Positions 11,811 through 23,903 of a stretch of DNA of 64,000 nucleotides are shown one piece after another (within the stretch, counting starts at the first letter, position 1; each line of letters opens with the position of its first letter). Source of the DNA: Octopus sinensis (Eukaryota); the NCBI RefSeq assembly GCF_006345805.1, contig NC_042999.1, positions 21,700,001 through 21,764,000 of the forward strand, written 5' to 3'. Under the pieces are notes generated by a model, which saw only the letters and a list, made by a program, of their open reading frames with translations, was not told the DNA's origin and made no database searches. Made by a program: the position numbers and the translations under genes.

Positions 11811-12094
11811 TATCTAATATAGGATAAAATTTTTCGAAATGAAATTATCAATGCCCATCATATTAAAAAATACCCTTAAAGGTTAAATTTATAAACAACT
11901 TATAAGGAGAAAATTCTTATGAATTAACTCTGAAATTGGGACCGATACGATAATAACGGAATTCTTTAGAAATTTCTTTCGGCTTGTTTCGAGACGCGTG
12001 CTTATAGCGTTAAATTATATGGTCATTGACAATTTGTCTATTTTCGGCATATTTGGCATTAGAACTTTATTCTTTTGCCTTTGTTTATAAGTTG

Positions 12095-12155
<61 letters not shown>

Positions 12156-12156
<1 letters not shown>

Positions 12157-12364
12157 CATGTGACCGCGTGTGTACCGTTGGCAATTTTTTCCTCTGTCTT
12201 CCCTTCTCTGGATCTTTCCTTCTCCTATGTTTCCGACGAAGATCTCCGCTCGAAACGTTAAACCCTCCTTCTTTCCTTCTTCCCTGAGCGTCCAATAATA
12301 CTATATTTGTTTCACGTCCTCGCGTAGTTGTGTTTTTTTGTGCTTTCTTGTTTGGATTAACTTT
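12156..12364 (+). mobile_element. About 210 bp hammerhead-bearing repeat, family B copy 1 (motif 12229-12263)
   Basis: GUUU-CCGACGA-A-GAUC(ucc)GCUC-GAAA-CGUU-AAAC. Embedded in (TA)n. Confidence 0.75.
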
Positions 12365-12375
12365 ATATATATATA

Positions 12376-12943
12376 CAGGGTGGCCCGAATGTAAGCTTAC
12401 AGTTATCACGTAGGCACTTTAAACGTCTCTTAAAATATTATATTACATTTAAATTTCTATCTTACAATCATATTGTTCATGCACATCTTAAACAGACAAT
12501 GTTTAACCTCTCAGATGCTCAAAATATCCTCCTTCAACATTGCAACAGTCTTCAAACCTCTTCAGAACATTTACATACACAGTGCGATACAAATTCCGAT
12601 CTCCATCAATTTCAGTGAATGCATCAGAAATGTAATCTTTTATTTCAATTACTGTTTTGGGATTCTTCTCATAAACCTTGTTCTTAACAACACCCCGCAA
12701 AAAGATATCCATTGGTGTCAGGTCAATGGTCATTCGATGCTGCCCCGTTTTCCAAACCAACACTGTGGAAAGGTTTGCTTAAAGGTCGTTTCCTACTGTC
12801 AAATGAAAAGGGAGCTTGACAAAATTAACTAAATTAGCATAGAATAATGGTTTCGTATTTTTTATGATTAAGATCTAAACTGTTAATATATGAATGCGAA
12901 AGAGACAGTTGATTAACTGTAAATCTACTTTTGGGTCATCCTG
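12376..12943 (-). mobile_element. Internally deleted Tc1/mariner element (maT/DD37D-like C-terminus)
   Basis: TIRs cagggtggcccgaa / ttgggtcatcctg with TA TSD. ORF 12503-12763: DLTPMDIFLRGVVKNKVY...CCNVEGGYFEHL. Confidence 0.85.
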
Positions 12944-13200
12944 TATGGCAAGCAGAAACAGGCAGCTGCCATTTCTAGCAGATGAGGTGTTCAGTATTGA
13001 AGGTTTGCTCCCCTACCCGCAATTTATCGGATGCAGCTCTGCAGCACTAACCAACTAGAGGAGACGTCTCTTGAGGTTGAACATTTGTAGTAGAAATCCG
13101 TTCGAACGGACAGCCATGTTGAAGTAGCTACGAATATTTTATTGATGGACATATAGCGGTACGTAGGCAGACTCAAGACATCGTTAGTGAGATTTTTATT

Positions 13201-13255
13201 GATGTACCTGAAGAGACCCAGAACGGGTCGAAACATGTGTTGCGCCCAATAAAGC
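13201..13255 (+). ncRNA. Hammerhead-like motif followed by AATAAA
   Basis: CUGAAGA 13208-13214, GACCC/GGGUC stem II, GAAA, ACAUGU palindrome. Position 17 is G and stem I is weak. Confidence 0.6.
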
Positions 13256-13449
13256 ATATTACACATTCCATCTCCTATTTTATTAATAATGTTACCTCAA
13301 CCGCCGCTACGAAGTTCCTGCAATAACTCTACGGATGACACCAAGTAATCGGAACTGTCCCGATGATTTACTTAGATATCTATTTATACATTTTGTACAA
13401 TTTCTCCATCACAAACATACACACACACACACACACACATATATATAAG

Positions 13450-13640
13450 TATCCGCGTGTGAATCGTTGGCGATTTCTTCCTCCATCTTCCTTTCTCTTG
13501 GACTTTCCTCTGTTTCTGATGAAGAGCGTTGATCGAAACATTAAACCATCCTTCTTTCCTTCCCTGACCGTATGTTAATACTTCACATGTACCACGTCCT
13601 CGCGTTGTTGTTTTTTTGTGTTTGTTCTTGTTTTTTGAAT
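13450..13640 (+). mobile_element. Family B hammerhead repeat copy 2 (motif 13512-13546, canonical CUGAUGA)
   Basis: GUUU-CUGAUGA-A-GA(gcguuga)UC-GAAA-CAUU-AAAC. Flanks are homologous to 12156-12364. Confidence 0.72.
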
Positions 13641-13739
13641 TTCTATATATATATGTATATATATACATATACATACATATAACACACATGTATATATACA
13701 TATATAAATATATATATATACATATATATGTATATATAA

Positions 13740-13832
<93 letters not shown>

Positions 13833-14429
13833 CTCACACTATCTCTATCTCTATCTCTCTCGCACAAACATATACATATACATATATGCATATTGATTTA
13901 TTTATGTATTGTTTTACATATTCATAAGGTAAGTTTAAGATATTTAATGATTTTCTCTTAAGCATAAGTTTATTGCATTCTAAAACCAGGTTATAAGTAT
14001 CACTACAATAAAGTGAAACATTAATATAATAGAATAATATAATAAAATAATATAATATAATCATACATGTTACCTACTAGCCAATGAAAAAGCAAAACGT
14101 TATAATCTACATTTAATTAGTATCATAGTCTTGCATTTGCTACCATAGTAGTATCAATTGAATGTTTACAAGTATTTACAAAATGTTTTTGAAACTAATA
14201 ATGTATCTTCTGTATGTTGTTTTATTTTTATTTTTCTACAAAATTTATAAAAACAGAGAAGGGTAATTATTTTTAAAATACGATATGCACAAGCACCAAT
14301 TTTGAAACAAAGAATCGTGTTTAAACTTTAGTTCTACTAACTTTCGTTTCGTTATGAACCATATTAAAATTGCTTTGATATCATGAATCGTAGATATCAC
14401 ATTTGTCACTAAATTTTTAACTATTTACA

Positions 14430-14547
14430 ATGTTCTATTGTGTCTGGGGAGAGTCATTTTCTTTTTGTGCCTTATTATGTAACACACTCACCGGTAAAAT
14501 CATAAGTCACAAAAAGAAAATGACTCTCCCCAGACACAATAGAATAT
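14430..14547. repeat. Hairpin/MITE-like inverted repeat, arms about 46 bp
   Basis: tgttctattgtgtctggggagagtcattttctttttgtg / cacaaaaagaaaatgactctccccagacacaatagaata. Confidence 0.9.
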
Positions 14548-14812
14548 GCTTCAACACACGAACTCATATAAAGAATCTTGCAGATCAAATCCAAAAACGA
14601 AATATTTACAATGTTGTTTATCGAAATTCGAACAATTTCACCAAGGACTAATTTCACTTAGATATGAGGATACAAGAATTCATCTTTACTCCGAGCAAGC
14701 AACATCAGTGTTTAATGAATTCAGTTTCGTTTTCTTACCGTGATTTTCACTATATAAATGCAAGCATATATGTTTGTTTCTCTCGTTTCAAAACGGTTCT
14801 CTATATTTCGTT

Positions 14813-16930
14813 CTAAATTTCATTATCGATTTCACTTTTGCACAGACGTCTTATAAAACGCTCCCAAAACATTTCTTCATATTCTGTTTCATTCGGCCAT
14901 TCGAGGTACGTTTTCTGTTTTAGTAAAACTCCAAGCCTTTTCGTTTGTAAATTCGACGGAATTTCATTTAACAAAACAGGAATGATAATATCGTAGTGCT
15001 CTTCTAAGATCTTTTGCTGGGCAATACTTGCTTCAAACTGGCACCAGCTACTCTGAGCAAAATCATTTGACAACACTAAAACAACCTTACGGCTTTGTTG
15101 CATGCTGTCTACGATATTATCAACAATATCGTTTCCAACCAAAAAGTCCCTGTCATGTAAACATAAATTGAAATGGTTTTCTTCTTCTATGATGGGTAAC
15201 AATTTATTCAGAACCCAGTTGGCGTCTGCGCTACAATAACATACGAACGCATCATATTTATAACGGCCATCATTAACGAGAGCTTTGTATTTTCTTTTTC
15301 TAATTAATGATTGGTATATACACAAACGAATCGACCATCGTTTTGTATAGGATAATATGGCTAAAATTACAAAAATAATCGACAAGACTGCCACAGCAAC
15401 GCCGGTAACGGCTATTTTAGACGGGTCCCCTCTATTTTCACAATATTCCCAGCTAACCGAATACTTTTCTAAATGAGTATGCCTGAGTGCACCAGGACCA
15501 TTGCAAAGATACCTTCTGTGATCCAGAATTCTTCTTGGATTTCTCTTCATCCAATCCCTAAACCAAAGTATATTGCAGTCGCATACAAAGGGATTGTGTG
15601 ATAAATCAAATTTCAGCTTCTTGTTGCTGAATAGTAAAGGAGAAAATAATATTTTATTGACATTGAAGACTTTGTTGTACGCTAACCTAACCATCGTCAA
15701 TGACGTCATGGCTGGACATTTCTCACTTTTCCATTCATCTATACTTGTATGTCCAATGGTAAGTGTCCTAAGACTGGTTATATTACATATGCCTTCAGGA
15801 ATCTTACTAACTCCCCCTTCGAAAATTTCTAGATTATGTAATTTAGTCAATGGCTTCAGTAACACATTGAGGATCATGTTTCTAGTGGAATTTTTCAAAA
15901 CCAAGTTTCTTAGTTCTGTGCAATATTTAAACAAGTCTGACGGTTCAGCTTTATTAATCGTAACACGTATGTTACTTAGTTCAATTGATCGCAAGTATTT
16001 GCTTTTAAAGACATCACGCTCAAATCTTACGAGATGGTGCTTGAAAGATATCAAAGTTATATATTGTAAATATTTCATTTGCCGAAAAAGATTCCCTTTG
16101 AATATAAATACATCTCCTATAATGATTCCCAACTTACGAAGATGATCTAATCCCGAGAAAAAATTATCGTCAAGAAATCTAATACCCACTAAACCTAAGT
16201 ATAGTTTTTCAAGTTTCGGATAAAAAGGAAAACCAGTTTCGTTTTTAAATAGTGGCACTTGTGAAATTTTGTTATAAAAAAAATCTAGATAACCCAGATT
16301 AGGAAGATATGCCCACCTCTTTATTGAGGATATAGCATTATCTATAACTGAAAGTAAACGTAAGCTATTCATTCCGGCAAAATATTCTCCGTCAAAATAT
16401 CCAAGACTGCATTTCCTCAAAAAGAATTCGGTAAAGTTAGTTCGTCTAAGTCCATCAAATGTGTTTTTGTTCCATCCCCCTAAATGGATTTCATATAATA
16501 TTATTTTATTTATTGTGGCTGGAAAACCAAAGAACAGATTTCTCATTTCAGTCAGAGGAATTCGGCTTCGTATAAGTTCGAATGCTATTAGGTGCTTCAA
16601 ATAAGAAAATACTCCAGTGGTACAAGTTTTTATGGCAGATGATTTAATTAACAAATATCGCAGTATATGCAATTCTGTTAAATTTTGAAAGGTTTTATTA
16701 TCCAAGTGAGTAATTTGTAGATCCGTGAACGTTACAGCTGTGGTGTTAGGGTGGAATTTTGGCACATAATTGCTTCCTTCGCACGACCATGTCCATTTCC
16801 TTATAAGCCGACATGGATTTTCTTGAGTATAAGTGACTTCAACAGCGAAGAAGAGTATGACTAAAATCAAAGAATTCATTTGAGGGAAAATCGGGAGAGG
16901 ATTCAATCTTCTGGATTCACAAAACCTCAT
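14813..16930 (-). CDS. Toll-like receptor, single-cysteine-cluster type, single coding exon (705 aa; signal peptide more likely starts at the ATG at 16879)
   Basis: MNSLILVILFFAVEVTYTQ signal; multiple LRRs; LRRCT NPFVCDCNILWFRDW...YLCNGP...C; TM IAVTGVAVAVLSIIFVILAILSY; TIR YDAFVCY, LCLHDRDFLVG, SRKVVLVLSNDFAQSSWCQFE, FW. No internal stops. Confidence 0.97.
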   Translation of the reverse strand: MRFCESRRLNPLPIFPQMNSLILVILFFAVEVTYTQENPCRLIRKWTWSCEGSNYVPKFHPNTTAVTFTDLQITHLDNKTFQNLTELHILRYLLIKSSAIKTCTTGVFSYLKHLIAFELIRSRIPLTEMRNLFFGFPATINKIILYEIHLGGWNKNTFDGLRRTNFTEFFLRKCSLGYFDGEYFAGMNSLRLLSVIDNAISSIKRWAYLPNLGYLDFFYNKISQVPLFKNETGFPFYPKLEKLYLGLVGIRFLDDNFFSGLDHLRKLGIIIGDVFIFKGNLFRQMKYLQYITLISFKHHLVRFERDVFKSKYLRSIELSNIRVTINKAEPSDLFKYCTELRNLVLKNSTRNMILNVLLKPLTKLHNLEIFEGGVSKIPEGICNITSLRTLTIGHTSIDEWKSEKCPAMTSLTMVRLAYNKVFNVNKILFSPLLFSNKKLKFDLSHNPFVCDCNILWFRDWMKRNPRRILDHRRYLCNGPGALRHTHLEKYSVSWEYCENRGDPSKIAVTGVAVAVLSIIFVILAILSYTKRWSIRLCIYQSLIRKRKYKALVNDGRYKYDAFVCYCSADANWVLNKLLPIIEEENHFNLCLHDRDFLVGNDIVDNIVDSMQQSRKVVLVLSNDFAQSSWCQFEASIAQQKILEEHYDIIIPVLLNEIPSNLQTKRLGVLLKQKTYLEWPNETEYEEMFWERFIRRLCKSEIDNEI

Positions 16931-17473
16931 TCTTTTACTGTATTAAAGTCTCGGCTATATCTGAAACAGTTCAAACGATATAATTTAATGAATAATAATG
17001 CTATATATTATACGAGCAGCAATGCGGTTAAATACTAACAAACAAAACTACAATTGGACAATGACGCACGTAACTGTAAAGAAATTGTATAATTTATCTA
17101 CTTGTTTAACTACAGTTCTCTGGAGTTCGAAAATATTATATAGAATTTTAAACGAATATCATATTCATTCTTACCATATAAAATTAAAATCGCTGAGATA
17201 CGTTGACTTAGACAGTCTATTCTTCAGGAATAGAACAGTCTGTTATGGATATAAGACTAATATGTTTAAAGGATAGAATTGTGAATTACGTCGATATTAC
17301 TTTTCTCTGGGATATTTTCTTCGAAACAGCAGAGTGATGAAATTAATCTAACGTCAAATTTGTTATTCCAATACATGTCCTTGCCGCAGCCAACATTGCC
17401 AAATGGTCTTTTACCTCATGTACGTTTACGACAAATATAAAACCGTGCATATAAAAACATCTCCATATGTATG

Positions 17474-17555
<82 letters not shown>

Positions 17556-17587
17556 GAAGATGTTTATATATATATATATAATATATA

Positions 17588-17640
<53 letters not shown>

Positions 17641-17704
17641 GAAGATGTTTATATTTATATATATATATATATTATATATGAAGATGTTTATATATATATA
17701 TATG

Positions 17705-18475
17705 TAAGGAGTCATGGTGGAGTTGCTATGTACATCTGCGAGGACCTCATACACAAGGTCCTTTTGTCATACTGAAATTTGGTGTGACACTAATTGTACA
17801 TATAAGGCAACTCGGTGTAGTCATATGTGCTACATATCGCCCTCCAGATGCTCAAAGTCATGCAGGCAAGTTTGAAGAGTGCCTTACAAAAATAGAAGAA
17901 GTTCTAGTCACCTTAGAACAACACATAAGTGTACTTCTTATGGGAGTCTTCAATCTGCTCAATGTCAGATGGCCCGAGGGCCTTTCTCTCCCAGGAATGA
18001 CACGATGCGAACGAGGACAAATGAGGTCCCTCTTGAACCTCATCAACACCCTGTACATGGAGCAAATAGTACTCCAACCAACCAGGGCAGGTAACATACT
18101 GGATCTCTGCTTCACAAATAATATGGATCTCAGCCATAATGTGAAAGTGACACCGACGCTACTCTCGGATCACAACATGGTAGAGCTGACCATGTACGGA
18201 CCAAAGGAAAGCATTGTCATGCAGCCTACAAGAAACTCTCAGAAACTTTCCAGACTGAACTTCCATAAGGCAAACTGGAAACAAATTGAGAAAGGGATCC
18301 TCAAACAAAACTGGCCTAAATGTCTCTCCTCACCAGACATCGACATGAAACTTTAACAATTCATGTCTGTAATGCAAGCCATATGCTACAAATGTGTCCC
18401 AGAGAGAAAGGCCACTGTACACAAGAACGAAATTCCCAAACGAGAGGAAAATTCTTATGAGACGGCGTACAAAAG
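17705..18475 (+). mobile_element. LINE apurinic-endonuclease (APE/EEP) domain remnant
   Basis: GGVAMYI, ATYRPPD, LLMGVFN, QPTRAGNILDLCFTN, LSDHNMV. Confidence 0.85.
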
Positions 18476-18544
18476 TTTCAAACACACAAACATACACACA
18501 ACAACACACATACGAACACACACACACACACACACACATATATT

Positions 18545-18760
18545 CTTTTATTCTTTTATTTGTTTCAGTCATTTGACTGCGGCCATGCTGGAGCACCGCT
18601 TTTAGTCGAGTAAATTGACCTCCAGGACTTATTCTTTGTAATTCCAGTACTTATTATATAGATAACTTGTGTCGAACCGCTAGGTTAAGGGGATGTAAAC
18701 ACACCAGGATGGGTTGTCAAGCGATGTTGCGGTGAGAAACACAAACACACAAACATATAT
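18545..18760 (-). mobile_element. SINE family 1, 3' half
   Basis: tttcagtcatttgactgcggccatgctggagcaccg... Confidence 0.85.
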
Positions 18761-18769
18761 GTATATATA

Positions 18770-19275
18770 TATATAAAACTGTAGTTGTGTGAGTGTCTGT
18801 CTCCTACGATTTAGATTCCTAACTCCTCCCACATTTAGCGGTGCAGTTTAACCAAATTCGGGTATCTTATAGTCGTAATTAATATCGAGCCCGTCTGGCT
18901 ATTAGCGCGCGTCTACGATGAGTCTGCGATTTAAAAAATAATTTAACATCATTTTTATTCCATTTTAATGCATAATTTTTCGTGTGTCGATAGCGGCGGA
19001 GTTGGCGTCCATGGTCACACCTGCACCTGTTTGCTTCTCCCCCTTCTTCCCTCCCTCGTGAAGCTGTGGGGAAGGGAGTGTAAGGAAATCAACGTCGTAA
19101 TACGTTGTCAAGGAGACCAGCGTTCTTTTAGAACAACGACTTCATGGCTTGAAGACACCAAAACAGAAATGGCTAAGAAAGCCCGAATTGGCATCTATAA
19201 GGGAAGTAACTCTCTAAAAATGCTTATATAGTTATTTCCCTTACAAACCCGAGCAACGCCGGGCGATACTGCTAG
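18770..19275 (+). mobile_element. Non-autonomous Helitron-like element
   Basis: 3' hairpin CCCG-agcaacgc-CGGG (19248-19263) 8 nt before CTAG (19272-19275). No TIRs. 5' end is lost in (TA)n. Confidence 0.7.
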
Positions 19276-19656
19276 TATATATATACATGTACATTATATA
19301 TATATATGTATGGATATGTATTTTGACGAGCTTCTTTCAGTTTCCGTCTACCAAATCTACTCACAGTGCTTTGATCGGTCCGAGGCTATAGTAGAAGACA
19401 CTTGCCCAATCTCCCAGAAAGAGATTGTCAAAAGTAAAATGTAAAGCTTTATATAAGCTTTATTGTGTCAAGTACTTGTTATTACAGTACTTAACACTAA
19501 ATATATACACAGAAGGAGGTATATTTAAGAATTTACAAAAACTTGTAGAGGTATAACTGACCTGTCTTTCTGACATTTGTTTCTTGTGACCCAATACGAA
19601 TACATGTGTCAATCAGCTAGATACCCGTAGTGTATTATTTTACCTATTTCTTACCT

Positions 19657-20135
19657 AGATTAAAACTCTATTCCTTAGAGCATAGACGAGAAAGATATGC
19701 CATCATATACATCTGGAAGATCCTGGAAGGACTTGACCAAAACTTTGGCATCGAGAGTTACACAAATGCTAGAACTGGGTGCCACAGCATAGTGCCACGG
19801 ACTCCAAATTTGCCATCAAGATGTAGGACAAGATACTGTGATAGCCTCGGCTTCAGATACCCACAGCTCTTCAATATTCCCCCGAAGAACCTGAGAGACC
19901 TGCATGGGGTGGATGCAGATGTCTTTAAAATAAAACTGGATTTCTTCCTGTCAAGTGTTCCAGATGAACCAACTTCACGGCAGGAGGTGCAGAAGGGGGC
20001 AGCTGCATCGAACTCTCTCATGCACCAAATGGCAATTGCTAAAAAGCATTCGTGAAGTAAAATCATGTAGCAACACCAAATGGCGGTGCCCCAGCATGAC
20101 CACAGCTCGTGAGCTGAAACTAGATAAAATAAAAA
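19657..20135 (+). mobile_element. Second 3' fragment of the LINE at 10925-11810
   Basis: RLKLYSLEHRRERYAIIYIWKILEG...; about 90% identical by eye to about 11320-11790. Confidence 0.9.
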
Positions 20136-20614
20136 ATAAATAAAATAAAATAAATTTGCTATACACGCTATCTTCCTTCGCTATATTTGCACCGTGCCAA
20201 GCATTATACATGTGCAGTCATGTTTCTTTTTTTTTTGTCTTCCGCCTTGAAATTCCGTTACAGTCTTAGTTACGCTATCTTTACGTTTCGTATGTCCGGT
20301 TCCTTCACTTGTCGCTGTTCTCTGCTTGACCTCATTCTCTGCCGAAGATTTCGCTGTTCATTCTTAGATATTTTGTTTTGTTTTTGTTTTCTTTGTTTCC
20401 TTAATCATTCCTCTCCTCTTTCCTCCTGCACGATTCCATGCCGAATTGGTTTTAAAAAGTCATTCGGTCTATCTATAATGCTATATGGTAGTATTCTCTT
20501 CTCACGAGAAAGCCTTCATAGAATCAGCGTGATTGTGGAACCCTCTTGTCCATGCAATACATAGTAGAAAACAACATTTCAGTTTATATAATGCAAATTT
20601 ACTAATCACCCAGT

Positions 20615-20693
<79 letters not shown>

Positions 20694-20699
<6 letters not shown>

Positions 20700-20892
20700 T
20701 AATCCAAACAAGAAAGCACAAAAAAACACAACAACGCGAGGACGTGGAACAAATATAGTGTTATTGGACGCTCAGGAAAGAAGGAAAGAAGGAGGGTTTA
20801 ACGTTTCGAGCGGAGCTCTTCGTCGGAAACATAGGAGAAGGAAAGATCCAGAGAAGGGAAGACAGAGGAAAAAAATCGCCAACGGTACACAC
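20694..20892 (-). mobile_element. Family B hammerhead repeat copy 3 (motif 20796-20830)
   Basis: Reverse complement reads GUUU-CCGACGA-A-GAGC(ucc)GCUC-GAAA-CGUU-AAAC. (TA)n on both sides. Confidence 0.8.
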
Positions 20893-20933
<41 letters not shown>

Positions 20934-21021
20934 TAAAATATATATAGGGTAGCTAATATTTTTAGAAATTTCACTAACAGTAGCCTAGAATGTATAAAAT
21001 GTCAATAGACAACATATTCTC

Positions 21022-21186
21022 AATATAAAATGGTATACATTTGAACACAAGAGAAATTACCATTTAACAGGTAATTTTACATGCTAGAAGAAGCAGTTCT
21101 GATTTTCGCCGTTTTGAGTCCTCCTTCCAGCGTGTAAAATTACCTGTTAAAAGGCAGTTCCTCTTGTGTTTAAATGTACACTATTT

Positions 21187-21191
<5 letters not shown>
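21022..21191. repeat. Imperfect foldback element
   Basis: tacatttgaacacaagag...aacaggtaattttaca / tgtaaaattacctgtt...ctcttgtgtttaaatgta. Confidence 0.8.
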
Positions 21192-21224
<33 letters not shown>

Positions 21225-21319
21225 TTCAGCAAAACAATTTACTTTCAAATGAATATGGTACTTAATTTTGATGCACTAGAATTTTTTATGGTATTACTCA
21301 TAAAATTATGTGGGGTGAT

Positions 21320-21535
21320 TATAACCCAAAAATAACCAACAAGAATGGATCCGGTAATTTAGTACAATTGTTTGATACTATAACAATTTATTAAAGCTGC
21401 AAATATTACAGCAAATATAATATGTCAAGTAATCTTCAGCTAATTTCATATAGGTTTTCCAATAATTATTGTTATAGTATGAAACAATTGTACTAAATTA
21501 CCGGATCCATTCTTGTTGCTTATTTTTTGGTTATA
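21320..21535. repeat. Foldback element, arms about 70 bp
   Basis: aacaagaatggatccggtaatttagtacaattgttt / aaacaattgtactaaattaccggatccattcttgtt. Confidence 0.88.
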
Positions 21536-22020
21536 TATACATATATATGTGTGTGTGTGTGTGTGCATACATATACATATATATAATACTGTGTATGTGT
21601 GTGTGTTTCTGTGTACGTATGGATATGAACTTACGGAGATAATATTTACATATCACCTGAGGAAATACGACTAGAACTTTCTAAAAACCAGCATTGTGGA
21701 ATATATTGTGTTTCCGTTTAAAGTTGAGCAATTTGCGACTACGTAAAAAAAAATAAGTGTAGCGAATTGTGTACTAGAATGAAATATGCAGTAGGGTTGA
21801 AGGTGATACATCAGCAAGGGCGGAAAACAATTACTAATACCCGTAAATGAAATGAATTTGAAAATAATTATGAAACTAAGCTGGACTGGTAAAGTGATGG
21901 GCTTTGGTGCGTTATTATTCCAAACTAGAGGGGAATTTCAATAAGCGAAGTTAAAATAAAATCATTGATAAAATTAGGTGACTTCACCTCGAATACATTG
22001 TGGTTAACCATAAACTTATA

Positions 22021-23281
22021 CAGGGGTTGGACAAAATGAGGAAAACATCTAGCATCTTAATATCATAATTTTGAAACATCTTTAAAACCGTCAGAAAGCT
22101 TGTTTATTTTTATGGTTTTTGATTTATTATTAGTGTTGCTTAATATGTTTTGCTGCTAAAATTGCTGTTACTTTTGATATATCATCAGAAAAAGGAAATT
22201 TAAATTCATTTAAATGACACATCTATCGGACATTCAAAGAGGTCAAATTGTTGGTGCTCTTATGGCAAGCGCTAGCGTACAGAAAACCGCCGAAGTGATT
22301 GGTGTATTAAGAAGTTCTGTCTCGAAAGTAATGACAGTCTTTGAGAAAGAGGGAAAAACCTCATCGCAACAAAACAACGAATGAAGACCAAAACATTCAG
22401 ATAGGAACCGTCGGATTCTTACGCGAATTTTTAGAAAGGATCAGGAAAGTGCAGCTCCAAATATTACTGCAGAGCTTAATGACCACTTCGAGACCCAGTT
22501 TCCACAAGAACTGTTCGCCGGGATCTGTACAAAGCTGGATTTCACGGGAGGGCTGCAATCAGGAAAGCATTACTTTCAAAAAGAAACATTGCAAAGCGTT
22601 TAGAGTGGAGTAAAAACCCTACAGAATTGGTCTCAGGAAGAATGTGGCAGAAAGTTATTTTCTCGGACGAGTCATCTTTTGCTTTATTTCCGACAACCGG
22701 CCGAGTATACGTGTCGAGACAACCAAAAGGAGCATTTGACCCAGAATGCATTCTTCTAACTGTTAAACATGGAGGAGGATCTGTGATGACCGGGACGGAG
22801 ACTATATCTTAGAAATCCGTCGGCCCAATGGTTTCCTTTCATGATAGAATTAATAGTCAAGGCTATTTAAGCACTTTATCTGATCATATTCATATTATGG
22901 TTGCAGAACTGTTTCCGGAGGGAAATGCAATCTTTCAAGCAGATAATGCACCAATACACACAGCTAAAGTTTTTACAGAATGGCACGAGGACCATTCAAG
23001 TGAAGCTGAACATCTTTTCTGGTCACCACAGTCCCCAGATCTCGATATTATTGAACATTTATGGTGCATTTTAGAAAAACAAGTAATGAGTCGATATCTT
23101 CCACCACCAACACTACAAGAACTGGAGACTGCTTTAGCAGAAGAATGGATAAAAATTCCTTTGCACGAGTCCATACCTAGTAGAACTGAAGCTGTATTTA
23201 ATGCCAAATGCAGTCCTACCTCATATTAAAATAAATTTGTTTGAAACTTTAAGGTGTTTTCATTATTTTGTCCAACCCCTG
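22021..23281 (+). mobile_element. Full-length decayed Tc1 (DD34E) transposon
   Basis: TIRs caggggttggacaaaat / attttgtccaacccctg with TA TSDs. Fragmented transposase: FSDESSF, FQADNAPIH, WSPQSPDLDIIEHLW. Confidence 0.93.
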
Positions 23282-23407
23282 TAGAATGTTCTAATGAAGA
23301 GCTGTACATACAGACACACACACACACAAGCATATATATATACATACATATATACATACAAACACAGAGAGAGAGGGAGAGGAAATATTTGTCCAGGCAT
23401 CATAAAT

Positions 23408-23441
<34 letters not shown>

Positions 23442-23468
23442 GCACTCAAACACACACACAACACCCCC

Positions 23469-23518
<50 letters not shown>

Positions 23519-23564
23519 ATATTATATATATATATGTATATATATATATACATATATATATATA

Positions 23565-23617
<53 letters not shown>

Positions 23618-23643
23618 ATATTGTATATATTACAGTTCCCCAT

Positions 23644-23689
23644 GACACCTGATGAAGGCTGGATGGTATACCAGCCGAAGCGTTGATTT
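23644..23689 (+). ncRNA. Family A hammerhead motif copy 2
   Basis: GACAC-CUGAUGA-A-GGCUGG(augguaua)CCAGCC-GAAG-CGUU; 6 bp stem II; GAAA mutated to GAAG. Confidence 0.72.
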
Positions 23690-23731
23690 AACAACACACA
23701 AGAATCCGTCAAATTGTAAACAATGTAAATA

Positions 23732-23789
<58 letters not shown>

Positions 23790-23872
23790 ATGTATACATA
23801 TATATATATATATACATTATATACATATATATATATACATTATATATGTACATTTACATTATATATATGTAT

Positions 23873-23903
<31 letters not shown>

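Noticed and set aside
15573-16145. 190 aa plus-strand ORF
   Set aside because: Antisense shadow of the TLR CDS with no recognisable motif.
17548-17700. gaagatgttta repeated three times with TA spacers (superficially CRISPR-like)
   Set aside because: Spacers are (TA)n slippage products in eukaryotic DNA; no cas genes.
20190-20560. Charged R/Q/E-rich minus-strand frame resembling a Helitron N-terminus
   Set aside because: Several stops and no diagnostic motif; cannot be assigned without a database search.
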